A stretch of 64,000 nucleotides of DNA from Octopus sinensis (Eukaryota). The stretch lies in assembly GCF_006345805.1 (NCBI RefSeq), contig NC_043006.1:45446001-45510000 (forward strand). Direction: 5' to 3'. Position numbers and translations under genes: made by a program. Below, one piece after another: positions 1 to 12,915 of the stretch. Under the pieces are notes generated by a model. It saw nothing but the letters and a program-made list of their open reading frames with translations, did not search any database and was not told the origin of the DNA. Every line of letters starts with the position of its first letter. Positions within the stretch are counted from its first letter, which is position 1.

Positions 1-690
1 TGGGCGAAGAAGATACATGGATGGCTAATAAAGATTGAGCCATACACTCGAAAGTTTCGAGTTGCGTTGTGTTTCTCTATATAGTATCGAATGTTCACTC
101 GATACTATACAGATGCTATACATATATTTCACATGAGAGAGCATTTGAACTGTTTTGTACGCAACTATTTTAGCTGTTGCCAGAGAGATTTTTAATATCA
201 AAGAGTCACCTTCGTAGAGAACTTTAAATCGAGTCAGCTTTGCTCAGTCTGTTTTCTATTTCTTTGTCGATTGAGATAGCTATAACTTCGTAAGGACTAG
301 TAATGTTCTGTTGATTGCAGTATGGTGTTTTGATGACGAATTGTGCGGCAATAACTTATTCCAAGACATTCCGTCGCATGACTTTTGCATTACTGGTATT
401 AACCGAATGACAATTGTTGATTGTCACTCTGTTAAATTCTTTAGTCCTCCACCGAATGGACAACGATGGTGCATTCGTCGGCGTAAACTAATTCGCACGC
501 TGAGACAATTATTTTTTCAAACTAGCTTTCCGTCCTTTGATATTGAACAGTTTACCGTCCGTGAGATATAAAATAAAATTTTAGATGCTTTTGAAAGCTT
601 CTTCCAGTATGGCATTGAAATAAAACAAACTAGCAGCCAGACAACACAGCATTCCTTTGTTTTACTGCATCTGTTGCTCATTTTTCTTGC
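1..690 (-). mobile_element. Decayed RTE-clade non-LTR retrotransposon, reverse transcriptase fragment
   Basis: Minus-strand translation across frameshifts gives VKQ...FNAILEEA, RTDGKLFNI, ELVYADECTIVVHSVED (YADD-like) and IDKEIENRLSKA, in the order expected for an RTE RT. Many stops. Confidence 0.75.
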
Positions 691-879
691 AAGGCATACA
701 CTGCACACACATGCTCAGTACTCCTATTCCTAAGTCTCCTTTCCGCTCCATTCCATCTGTTTCATTGCTATGAAACTTTTTCCAATCATCCATAATACAA
801 CTATGTGGTTGGTCCTTAGGGTATTCCTTACATTATCCCCAAACCGAGTGCGCCTGTCTTCGCGATCTCATCGATACTT

Positions 880-1248
880 CTTTCTTTCTTTTCTTTCTTC
901 CTTCCTTTCTTTTCATTCTTCCTTTTTTCTCTCTTTCTTCCTTCCTTTCTTTCTTTTTCCTTCCTTTCTTTCTTTTTTCCTTCCTTCCTTTCTTTCCTTC
1001 TGTCTTTCGTACTTTCTTTTCGTAGATCCATCCACTCATCCAGTCTATAGAAATATTCGACGATACGTTCCATTTTCAAGGAGGGCAATGTCTAAAACTA
1101 ACTTCTTATCAGTGCCAACATTCCAAAAGTGATGCAAACACGCATTAACAATCCCTTCTTCCTCACTTTCAGTCCTTGTCTGTGTTTCTCTGTCTCTGTC
1201 TGTCTGTCTGTCTCTCTCTGTCTCTCTGTCTCTCTTTCTCTTTCTCTT

Positions 1249-1300
<52 letters not shown>
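880..1300. repeat. Pyrimidine microsatellites (TTCT/TTCC)n and (TC)n/(TGTC)n
   Basis: Directly visible. They account for the K/E/R-rich and F/L/S-rich ORFs at 770-1362. Confidence 0.95.
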
Positions 1301-1301
<1 letters not shown>

Positions 1302-1325
1302 ACATTCACACACAATACATTCTCT

Positions 1326-1936
1326 GGATCTTTACCTTTTGACCGACAGATTTAAAAAATAATTTTTTGTAACTAAACACTTTCAAATTTCGGACACTGG
1401 TAGAATGTGTCATATAAAACATCTTTTACTCTTGGCATTTTTGAGAAAAAACTTATATTTACGAAGTTATTTCACGTTAAAGTTGTCCTATTTCGGTAAT
1501 TTCAACCAATCAATGACGTGTATTCAGCTGAATAAAATTACTGCCGTTGTTTGTCAACAACAACTATCGGCAGTGTAATTTTCGTTTGTCACTGTTATTT
1601 ATGACATCGTTCGTGCGTTTGTACTGGTTTTAGCTTTAAGGTTTTAGGGTTAGGGTTGTCATAAATAACAGTGACAAACGAAAAATACACCGCCGGAAGT
1701 TCTTGTTGACAAACAACGACAGTAATTTAATTCAGCTGAATACACGTCATTGATTGGTTGAAATTGCTAAAATAGGACAACTTTAACATGAAATTACTTC
1801 GTAAATATAAGTTTTTCTCAAAAATGCTAAGAGTAAATGGTGTTTTATATGACACATTCTACCAGTGTCCGAAATTTGAAAGTGTTTAGTTACAAAAAAT
1901 TATTTTTTAAATCTGTCTGTCAAAAGGTAAAGATCT
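1326..1936. mobile_element. Fold-back MITE with ~280-bp inverted arms, TTAGGG-containing spacer and 8-bp TSD
   Basis: Arms ~1327-1605 and ~1657-1935 are near-perfect reverse complements. Termini GGATC...GATCT. Flanks cattctct (1318-1325) and cattctcc (1937-1944). Confidence 0.9.
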
Positions 1937-2558
1937 CATTCTCCCTCTCTCCCACTCCCTCTCCCTCCACCTCCCTCTCTTCCTTCTTAGTGGCCAACGG
2001 TATGTTTTAGTTGTATACATTTATTAGAGCCTTGCGTTCTTACGTCACACAAAATTTATCTCCTGTACCGAGAACTTGGAAATCGTTACATTGCTGCCTT
2101 TGACACAAGAAAAACTTTAGAGTGTTATCTAGTTTAAGAATTTTCTAGTTGTCTGTTTAAAGTTTCTATCTACTACTCATCTCTTTGATCGGAGATTTTC
2201 TGTCAGATTGTTAAATTGCAACGCTATCGGTCTCTTTTCAAACACAACTCTATCAACCCTGCTATATATCCACTTTCTCCTTCCTGTACAATGACGATTT
2301 TCTTTCTGTAACTTCTAACCACGCATACTCCAATGAAGTTACCATCTTTAAATTCTTAATCTTTCGCACACAAACGTCATCCATATGCAAACTACACACA
2401 CATCACAGCAAGTATACACTTTTTCCATGGGCAGAGATCTTGAAAACATTCTTGCACTGGACAGCCCAATGTTCTTCAATGACACATAGAAGTCGCAATC
2501 ACTATACTTGTCGAAGAAACAATTTGCTTTTTGCACACTCACTACTCTTTAACACCCA

Positions 2559-2963
2559 TTTATCTTTTACTTCTTTCAGTCATTGGACTGCGACCATACT
2601 GGGTCACCGCCTTGAAGGGTTTTAGCCGAACAGATCGACAGAGTACTTATTTTTAAAGTCTCGTATTTATTTTATCTGTCACTTTTGGCGAACTGCTAAG
2701 CTATGAATACGTAAACAAACCAACAACGGTTGTCGAACGGTAGGGGAAGGAAAAATACCGATACAAAGACAAGCACACGCATGCACGCACACACACACAC
2801 ACACACACGACGGGCTTTCATGCAGTTTTCTGTACCAAATTCACTCTCATGGCGTTGGTTGTCCCAGAGCTCTAGGAGAAGACACTTGCTCAAGATGCCG
2901 CACAGTGGGATTGAACTCAAAACCACGTGGTTTTAAAGCGAGCTTCTTAGCCACAAAACCTCT
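2559..2963 (-). mobile_element. SINE-A copy (tRNA-derived SINE), diverged
   Basis: Reverse complement of the family best seen at 13848-14236, with an internal (CA)n tract. Confidence 0.85.
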
Positions 2964-3464
2964 ACTCTAACGATCTCACAGGATAGGTTCACATTACCGA
3001 AATTGCAAAACAAAGACTGGTCATAATATTCTTCAGCATGGAATCAGTTTCTAAATTGTTACAAAATCGAAATGCGATCATATCAGAACATTTAAGCGGC
3101 AGCTGCTACTTTACATATAATCTCCACAAAGATCTACTAAGAAGACTATTCGATTGACAGATATATATTCATACATGATTTAACTTCAACCACTGGCGAA
3201 GCTTGAGTGTAGGCCGTTCAGAGCAGCCTTCCATTTTTCTCTATAAACACCAACGTTCAGACGTTCGAACTGCACATCATACATATCGTTTTTTTTTTTG
3301 TCCTCTCTCCATTCCGGCCCTCTTAATCCTTTCTGTCGAAGAGCGTAGGCCCGAAACGTCAAAGACTTTTCCATTCTTCCCGAACGTTAACCTAATACAC
3401 TTGCTTGCTGTTGTTCCTTCACCTGTTTCGTCTTTTGTTTTTTGTAAATTTGAACTATATGTAT

Positions 3465-3544
<80 letters not shown>

Positions 3545-3778
3545 ATTTAGGAACGGTCATTTTGCCAGTTTAGCCAATAAAAATCACACGCACTATATAT
3601 TTGGTGTTACTTTGCTTCAGTGTTATTTATTTTTTACATTAATCTTAATCTTATTTCGGCCAGAGTTCTTTCGTCACACTCCTGTGACTGCATCAGTGCT
3701 CCTTTGTTTTCTTCTTATTTATTTGTGTCTCTCCTTACTAACCGTCAGCCATAAAAAATCTTGCACAACAAATATTTA

Positions 3779-3846
<68 letters not shown>

Positions 3847-4179
3847 CCTGTGAGAAAATGCGCACCGACATGAGATAGTTACCTCCATAGTATTCGATCT
3901 TTGACAAGAGCATTCAGGGGAAACTATGTCATAACCTACCCATGCTGTGATGTTATCTCTCTGTGATGTTGCCCACCTCTGTTACTCTTTCCATTAATTA
4001 TGCCTTCCAAAACAGACCTTGCTAACACCACAGACCATTCGCTTCGGTGGTCAAGCAAGTTGAGTTATTTTATTTTTGATGACAAAAGTGACTGGTGTTA
4101 ATTTGGTTATTTGTCATAGATCTTCAATTCTCACATGGCCTGAGAGTCTGATATTTGTATTAAATCGTATTACATGATT

Positions 4180-4945
4180 GTGAAAGACTATCAACGTATC
4201 GAAAACTGAATGCATGGCAACAGAGAAAACTAATCCGGACCTCAACCTTACAATATATGGCAAACCAGTAAAACTAGTGTGTGAATTAATCTACCCCAGA
4301 CACAATCTCTGTTCAAAAAACGATAGAATGATAGCAGCCGACGGATCTTTTCGGTTTGAACGGCAGTTTTTTCTAGCGGTGTCATATGAAATTGTCACCC
4401 ATAATTAAGACCCTAGTATCGATCTATTGCATTTCAATATGTTTTAGGGTTAGGGTTATGGGTGGGGGGAAGGGTATCTTTTTTTCTTTAGAAATGTAAA
4501 TAAACCCAATCTGTTTCTTAAACGAGGGACATATTCATACGGCACAGAATGTTTTCACCTCAATAGACGTCATTGATTGGTTGAAATTGCAGAAATTGAA
4601 GGAAAAAAACAACAAATATCTTAGAAACCATAGAATTTTCTCAATAAAGCAAAGAGAAAAAGATGTTTTTTAAACACATTCTACCAGTTTACGAAGTTTA
4701 AAAGTGTTTAGTTACGTGGAAATTATTTTTAAAAACTGCCGTTCAAACCGAAAAGATCACAGCCGACTATAGAACCAGACTTTGTTGGGCAGCCTTTGAT
4801 AGGAACGAAATTGCACTCACTTCAAAACGAATGCCCATACCACATTAAAATCAAGCACCTACAGCACCTATGTTCTTCCAGAAGTCTTATATGGTCAAGA
4901 CTGTGCCAACCGAACTTCTGTTGCACTACAGAAACTTGGACGAAA
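4180..4945 (+). mobile_element. Decayed RTE RT C-terminal fragment interrupted by a MITE
   Basis: IYGKPVKLVCELIYP before the MITE; RTRLCWAAFDR and TYVLPEVLYG after it (RTE RI..AW..F and VLP.LLYG motifs). Confidence 0.65.
4343..4759. mobile_element. MITE related to 1326-1936, ~28-bp TIRs, perfect 8-bp TSD
   Basis: TIR ggatcttttcggtttgaacggcagttttt / aaaaactgccgttcaaaccgaaaagatca. TSD cagccgac at 4335-4342 and 4760-4767. Internal ttagggttagggtt. Confidence 0.9.
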
Positions 4946-5817
4946 AAAGAGAAAAAAGTTATTAAGTGAAAGTATAACGTTTCAGACACAGTCCTTCGTT
5001 GAATGCAAAAAGAAAACTCATGGTAGAGAGAAGAGAGTCAGGAAAAACGCACGCTGGCAACTCATATGTTCAACACACGCATGCGCGCGCGCGCGCCAAG
5101 TTAGCGGACGTATCAGAGTGACGCAGTAGAAACTAGTGGTGGTCTGTATCGGTAAATAATAAATACAAAAAAGTTAACAAAACGACATATGTATATGATG
5201 AGGTGGAGGAAGAGAAATTGATGTTTCGAACAAGGCCTTTTCTCAAGAGTGGTCTGTGATTTTAAGTTGATTGTGCTTCTAATGTAATATAGAAGTTTAA
5301 TATTATTTGCAGAGATCAAGAAGGCCAACTATTAAGTGTTCTGTAATGGCAGCTTAGGACAAGATAAAGAGGTAAACAAAGAAAAGATTTATAACCTGGT
5401 GGGAATATAAGGAACATTTTTTGGTCAGTTTCATTTGCTTCGTTTTGAAAAGGTCGAATTCGAAGTCCAAAAATAAATAAATAAATAAATAAATAAAAAT
5501 AAAAAAGACAAAAAAGGTGGCGGGAATTAGAATCCGATGAAACTAGTGATAATAATCAGACTATTTTGGATCTAGCAGTCATTGACAAACGAAATCCATG
5601 TTTATTGTTTCCATATTCCAGTCATAAAACTCAGCATTTCAATATCTATTTCCAGTTAGAAGGTTTGAAATTAAAAGATTTTATTGATAGGAGTATTATT
5701 GCTCAATCAAATACAAAAATGTTTCGGCGACAATACCGTCCGAACGTTGTTTTCTAAGGACAACGATTTTGAGAGGAAATAACTAATCGATACCATTGTA
5801 GTGTTCGCGCCCTGGGC

Positions 5818-6653
5818 CAGGGGCGTAGCCAGGTTCTAAAATTAGTGGGTGCGAGCGCTTAACAAAAGAAGGCGCCGCGACACATTTCAAACAATTTTAA
5901 ACTGATTTCTCTTATATTTAACGAAATATTTCATTAGTTATAATTTATGTAATTGTATTCTGCGTTCATGAATTTTATGCTTCAGTAATAATGTAATTAT
6001 GTATGAACCTTACAACTATTTATATTGGTGTGATGTGAAGATGATGAACCCACTGTATTGTCCAGTGCCGCGAGGTTATGACACCAGGGTTTGTTTTGGT
6101 TCTTCAGATGTCAGCGGCCAACAAAGCACCACAAGAGATTGAGCTGACGAGCTGGCAGAAACGTTAGCACGCCGGGCGAAGTGATTAGCGGTATTTCGTC
6201 TGCCGCTACGTTATGAGTTCAAATTCCGCCGAGGTCTACTTTGCTTTTCATCCTTTCGGCGTCGATTAAATAAGTACCAGTTACGCACTGGGGTCGATGT
6301 AATCGACTTAATCCGTTTGTCTGTCCTTGTTTGTCCTCTCTGTGTTTAGCCCCTTGTGGGTAGTAAAGAAATAGGTATTCCGTCTGCCGTTGCGTTCTGA
6401 GTTCAAATTCCGCCGAGGTCGACTTTGCCTTTCATCCTTTCGGGGTCGACAAATTAAGTACCAGTTATGCGCTGGGGTCGATGTAATCGACTTAATCCCT
6501 TTGTCTTTGTTTGTCCCCTCTGTGTTTCGCCCCTTGTGGGCAATAAAGAAATAAGAGATTGAGCGGACAATTCAGAAACATGGGAGATTGATCAAATAAA
6601 GCAATGACTCCAGAAAGTCCTTCTAAGGTCAAGCGAGTATAAAGAGTGAGAGT

Positions 6654-6695
<42 letters not shown>

Positions 6696-6802
6696 TTCCA
6701 ATTTTATCGTACTAGTAAACTAAAAGTTTTCAAAAATCATTGAAAATATTGTGCTCGGGGGTAGCGAACGTTCCCTTTGTTTCCCTATTAGCTACGCCAC
6801 TG
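5818..6802. mobile_element. hAT-like non-autonomous element containing a nested SINE-B dimer
   Basis: TIRs CAGGGGCGTAGC / GCTACGCCACTG. Flanks only partly match (ccctgggc / tcctggcg). Weak hAT C-terminal-like peptide (TRLTLEGLSG.IAL) on the minus strand. Confidence 0.65.
6145..6552 (+). mobile_element. SINE-B dimer (tRNA-derived head plus a headless second unit)
   Basis: A-box-like TGGCAGAAACG and B-box GAGTTCAAATTCC. 12-bp TSD aagagattgagc at 6133-6144 and 6553-6564. Confidence 0.9.
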
Positions 6803-7965
6803 TCCTGGCGTTGTTTCTTGCAGGATATCGTGGGCACCAATTTTTAGTGTGGTGGTTCGTTGTATATTCTTTGCTGGCTATTCACAATGTGTGGTAGATT
6901 GCGTGTGTAGACAATAACAGCGTTAAAGTTTAATTGAGTTTTCAAATATTTTATTAACCTGCATCGTTATATTTACAAATGTACATCCAATAGGAAACGT
7001 CCGTATATAACTTGCTGGGTAATGTTATGTTGTAGTGTGAGGAATTTATATCATTGCATATAATTACTGCGCGTTATTCGATACAAGAGAGAGACCGACA
7101 TACTGCTATAAGTGAGCTGGGTTTCCACAGACAGCTTAGCGGCTATCTGAGCTGATGTTAAATTTGCAAACTTTTACTGCTGTTAGTTACATTCTAGAAT
7201 CTTCGGTCAAACTGTGTGGCGGGAAAACTCGCTGCGTCAACCATAATAAGACAGCCAGTGATGATTGATCGAGTCATATTCACGCAGGAGTTAAAACCTT
7301 TTTATGGTGATGCTATTCCCTTTGTGAAGATACATTAGTTTGTGGTTCTAGATTAGGAGAATCTAAAAGCTATGGTTCAAATCTCAGCCGGGGTGTCGTT
7401 ACGTCATCGATTTCAGAACTTGATCGAAAATGTGGCATGGACTGATTTACGAAAGAGTCCGCAACAAGTTTTTCCCATCTCTCCCTATCCAATTTATATT
7501 GTAACCTCGTGTCAGAAGAAACAAAGTGTATAGAATTGCCTTCCGTATATTATTAGCATGTTTAATAGTCTCGGATTCTGAAACGTAAGGCATAAAATTA
7601 GATACGCTCTTAATCATTCAATAATGCATCTTTTCTGCGTTTCGTATTGGCCAATGAATACAAGGTATATTTAAGCTATTTGGATATCTGAACTAAACTG
7701 AATAGCCAACCAATTAAATGATTAATTAAATAGACAGTTTAACTATAATCCTCTATGAATGTCGAATAGCTTCGTGGTTTGGCATGTACTGACCGACAGA
7801 CACTGAATCATTTCGAAATAAAGCTAGTTCATACATGTGGTATACCCCTGGTGGTCAGCTATCATAGGTGGGGGCGGGGTAGTGCAATCCCTCCTACATT
7901 ATATTAAGTTATTGTATGTTTGGAAGTTTGAAATTTAAAAGGGTACAATTTATATACATTTAATA

Positions 7966-8140
7966 TCGGTATTTCGTCCGCCTTTACGTTTTGAGTTTAA
8001 ATTCCGCCGACATCAACTTTGCTTCCCACCCCTTCGGAATCGATAAAATAAGTACCAGTCGACCACTGGAGTCGATGTAATCGACTTACACCTATCCCCG
8101 AAATTGCTGGCCTTGAGCCAAAAGTTAGAAACCAATATTT
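7966..8140 (+). mobile_element. SINE-B fragment
   Basis: Matches the SINE-B body (gagtttaaattccgccga...gtcgatgtaatcgac). Confidence 0.8.
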
Positions 8141-8610
8141 CTTTTCCCTATATATTATATAGATCTTAAAATTTCCAGCCGTTGGTAGCCATGTATGGCA
8201 CCATTTCATCCCTTCTTCGAATCATCAGCACCGCATAACCTGAGGCTTCCCTCTAAAATGTCGACTGTTTCTTGACTATCAGAACACAATTTTTATGCTT
8301 TCCTTGGGAAGCTGTCCAAAAAGTCTTAAGTTGGGTGATTTGTCTATTTCTTCCGATCGATTATTACACCTTCGTTATTGTCGTTTGTTTTATTTTAAGG
8401 TTTTGCTCTGTGATAGTGGCCATTAATATGAGCAGACACTTGTCTTTTCTTCCTTCATTTTTTCGTTCTCTGTTTTCTTCGCGTTTCCTTTATGTTTCTT
8501 CTTCTTCGGTATCTTTCAATCGGTGGCGCCGCCACTTACATCTGTTCAAACGTGTATATATCCACACAAACACATGCATATGTAAGCATGTACACGCACG
8601 CACGCACGCA

Positions 8611-8672
<62 letters not shown>

Positions 8673-8881
8673 CTGAACTAACAGGCGAGTCCATATCTCC
8701 GTGTTGGAATTATGCGCTCGGCAGACAAAATTCTAAATTTCACATGTCTTCCTTCATATACGAGGTGCTAAGAATAAGTTTTCTTGGGAATGTTACACTA
8801 GCATTCTAGTTAGGAGTGAATTACAAAATAAGTTTGATTTAAGAGCACATGTAACACCTTGAATATTTACTATTATGTGTG

Positions 8882-9088
8882 CATGTATTCCTCGCCATAT
8901 CGCGGTTCACCTATCGCGCACTCAGTACATCGCGGATTTTTCTGGCAAATAAATGTAAATTTATATCTGGACTCTTCAGTATATCACGGATTTCTGCAAC
9001 CGATAAGTATTTATATATTTTTATATTTTAATTATTTCTGTTGGAGATTTTGGAACGTAACACTCGCAATAGTCGAGGGATTACTGTA
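8882..9088. mobile_element. Tc1/pogo (Tigger-like) MITE remnant
   Basis: Right end cgagggattactg followed by TA. Degenerate left end gtattcctcgccatatcgcgg. Confidence 0.6.
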
Positions 9089-9090
9089 TG

Positions 9091-9535
9091 CGAAGGTGTG
9101 GCTGTGTGGTAAAAAGCTGACTTTCTAACCACATAGTTCCATGTTCAACCACGCTGTGTCACACATAGGACAAATGTCTTCTACAATCAGGGCCGGCTCA
9201 AGGTACCGGTAACTCAGGTTGTCACCTGGGGCGCCATGTGCTAGGGGTCGTCAAGGAGGGCGTGACAAAGATAAGGAGATTTCCACGACCGTCAGCTTGT
9301 ACACGCCGAAGTTCAGCTTTCCCGGGGCGCCAGCAACCTAGGGCCGGCCCTGTTTATAATAACCCTGGGCCAACCCAAAAACTTGCGAGTGGATTTGGTA
9401 GACGATAACTGAAAGAAGCCCGTCATACATATATATGTGGGGGGCGCGTCTATCTTCGTGTATGTTCTCTATCATTACTTTACAACCAGTGCTGGTTTGT
9501 TTACGTCCCTATAAACGATAGAATAAGTACCAGAC
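9091..9535 (+). mobile_element. Old SINE-A copy split by a hAT MITE
   Basis: Head gtggctgtgtggtaa and body resuming after 9360. Confidence 0.75.
9188..9352. mobile_element. hAT-type MITE (165 bp)
   Basis: TIR CAGGGCCGGC / GCCGGCCCTG. 8-bp flanks tctacaat / tttataat (6/8 match). Confidence 0.8.
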
Positions 9536-9544
9536 TTCTAATGA

Positions 9545-9810
9545 CCGAATCGAAAGCACTGAATGGAGAAGCTCCTTCTACTTACTAAGCCGCCTACGAC
9601 ATTGAAACAGCCTGGATCAACATTTCGAGGGAGAAAAAATGCCTGCTTAAAGCCAGATCCAATTTACCCCTAACATGATGGCGACTACTACAGCAACGTC
9701 TGCAACCGGATCTGCAAATCCCGGATATGTCTGAATTCCCAGATGAGAAGACACGGTAAAACTTTGAATTAAGGACACTGTACAGCTGTGTCCTTCATTC
9801 ATCGAAGCGA
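9545..9810 (+). mobile_element. RTE-clade LINE 3' end (C-terminal zinc-knuckle-like region)
   Basis: Translation NVCNRICKSRICLNSQMRRH* matches the RTE C-terminal C..C.R.C.SRIGL.SH.R.H pattern. Confidence 0.7.
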
Positions 9811-10352
9811 CAAGAGTTCAATACGTGTGTGTGTGTGTGTGTAATATGACAAAATAATCATTGTTAAATTTGGGTGATTGCAGCTGTCCTTATTTTGGTG
9901 AAGCGTCAGCATGGAAAACAAGAAAAGAAAATGGATGCTACGATGTTATGATTTGAGTGAAAATGAACTCTAACCTTCAATCGTAGCATCCATGTTACTT
10001 GGTACTGTTGATGAGAACGATTGTGTCGGAAGGTACTAAAATAGTTATGATAGTCTGAGACAGAGCAAACTGCGTATAAAAATATAATATAATATAAAGG
10101 TGAAGATAAGGCTTTGCAAATCTCTGGTTTCGGGTCCGGTCCTACTATGCAGCGCCAAGGACAAATGTATTCAACTATAGCTCCAGGCCTACCAATATGT
10201 GCAGATTTGAGAGAAAGTGTGGTGTGTGTGTACACACACATTCATAGATACATATATGTGTATGCTTGTGTGTGTGTGTGTGTGTGTGTCTGTCTGCTGT
10301 GTATGCATTTCGGTGTCTATATATGAGAAATATGAGGGTAAGAGAGGGATAG

Positions 10353-10386
<34 letters not shown>

Positions 10387-10398
10387 AGGGGGAGAAAG

Positions 10399-10438
<40 letters not shown>

Positions 10439-11203
10439 AGATTCGCACACTTATGGTAGCGGTCCTTCTGTTTCTCTAAGCTCTGTAAAAGAACTCGGAA
10501 GGTTGGGTCTTTTTAGTAACTCTCGCATATATATATTGTGTGTGTGTGTGTTTAAAAACATGTGGGTTCGAGTGCCACAAGCAGCCTCCGACTTTTTTTC
10601 CATCCAAGGGTTTTTTTTAAAAATCCTCGCTATTATTTATAGCTTTATCTACTTCGAATGTCACTGTTAAAAACGATTTATTTTACGTCTTTCAAAAGTT
10701 TCTAAATTCTCATGGCATCAATGAAATACATTTCTCGCTGGTAAGAACAAAACTTCTAAAATTAATGGAAAAATTAGAAGGAATATTTTGGTCCAATGCA
10801 CTACGCAGTATTCTTTATTTTATCAACTCTATATAGTGAGTCCATTTTCACCTTATGCTTGCATATGTACACATTTGTGTACAAACAAGAAAAAATAATA
10901 GCAAACTTGAAATAGAGTCTTATATTCAGCAGGAAACAGCCAATATGCTCACTCAAAGACAATTCGTTACTCGGAGTTTCCCACCGTCGCGGTATGTGAT
11001 TGCCCTCCTTCGTGTCATGTCATAACTATATGCATTGCGCGCGCGCACACACACACACTTTATTTAACCGGCAGAAGTTATAGAGTGACTCGATGACTCG
11101 AGAGCCGAGAGTTTCGTTTTTGGGAGGGCACTTATCATGGTTTGAGAAGTACTAATGCATGAAACTATCTGTCCTTGAGTTACTTTATATCTTTTCCTTG
11201 TAT

Positions 11204-11242
<39 letters not shown>

Positions 11243-11469
11243 CACACACATACATACATGCACACACACACATCCACAATAACACAAAACAACAACAACA
11301 ACAATAATAATAAACCAAAATAACAGAAGTGAAATGTTTATTCGATTTGTTGACAGCTGTTTCGCAATTTGTATCTAATTACATCAGAGACATTAAAACG
11401 TCCAACACATAAATATACATATGATGAGAGAGGTTCCACCTATGCGCCCACGAAACTTAAAGTCATGTG

Positions 11470-12852
11470 GAATCGAGTCAAACTGCAATTATATATGGTC
11501 TCGATGACTTCCTATCTATTCCCTTGAAGTCATTGAAGCAGGCTTCAGCGAAACCACTTCAGATACTTTTCCAGGGTTTCCTTGCAGGTGATAAAATTCC
11601 TAAAAAGCTAAAAGAGGGCATATATGCCCTATCCATAGCGGCGGGAGCAGAGGCTAAAAACTACCGATCGATTTCTCTGATTTTACATAGCGAATTCATG
11701 GAACAAATCATCAAAAGAAAATTGATAACGTTTCTAGAAGAAACTGTTTTACTGAACGATACTTAATATGGCTTTCGTCCAGGAAGAAGTTGTCTCACAC
11801 AGCTCTTGCAGTACTGTGACTGAGTTTTGAAGCAGCTGTTTGACCATTCAAATATCGATGTGATATATCTTGATTTCGCAAAGGCCTTTAATAACGTGGG
11901 TCATGGCATGATGTGTCACCAGTTGCGGGACCTTGACATAGATGGTAAATAGGGAGAATGGTTGCATGAGTTTCTAAAAGATAGAAGTGAGGCAGTTGTA
12001 GCAAATGGTGTCCTCTCTAAGGGAACACAAATTCTGAGTGGAGTCCCCCAAGGAACTGTCTTGGGGCTATTACTGATTATAGTACCTCTCTTAGACATGT
12101 CCATGGTCAGTCGCTGTTATTAGCTGCGTTGATGATACAAAATTATCACAAGCAACTAAGAACCCTGACGATGTCGCAAGCTTGCAGCGGGACTTAAATG
12201 CAATATACAAATGGGCTGAAGAAAACAACATACAAGTTAATGCTGGAAAATTTCAAGCACTGCGCTATCAGCTCATGAATGCATCACAGCCTGCATATAC
12301 AGGTACCGAAGGCACTGCAATCTCAGTCACAGATAGTGAGAGACTTGAAGTTTAATAAGTGTAATGATGCATCATTTCATATGCACATTACAAAGATGGC
12401 AACAAAGTACAAACAATTGGCAGGATGGATACTAAAGTCCTTCAGGATAACAGACCCAGAAGTCGCGTTGACCAGGTGGAAAACTTTCGTTCTCAGCCGC
12501 CTGGACTACTGCTCACAGCTGTAGTCACCACATAACATAGTGCCAAACTAACAGCGGAGCTTGAAGGGATCCAATGTTATTCCACTAAAAAGACTGTAAG
12601 AGCAGTAAATGAACAACAGAGAGAGGCTGAAAAAACTACGACTTTATTCCCAGGAGCGAAGACGCAAGACATATGTAATAATCTACAGGCGTAGGAGTGG
12701 CTGTGTGGTAAGTAGCTTGCTTACCAACCACATGGTTCTGGGTTCAGTCCCACCGCGTGGCACCTTGGGCAAGTGTCTTCTACTATAGCCTTGGGCCGAC
12801 CAACGTCTTGTGAGTGGATTTGGTAGACGGAAAATGGAAGAAGCCCGTCGTA

Positions 12853-12915
<63 letters not shown>

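Noticed and set aside
770-1362. K/E/R-rich and F/L/S-rich ORFs
   Set aside because: They are translations of TC/TTCT microsatellites.
6144-6172. CTGACGA...GAAACGTT resembling a hammerhead
   Set aside because: Formed by the TSD plus the SINE-B tRNA head. No stem I or stem II pairing.
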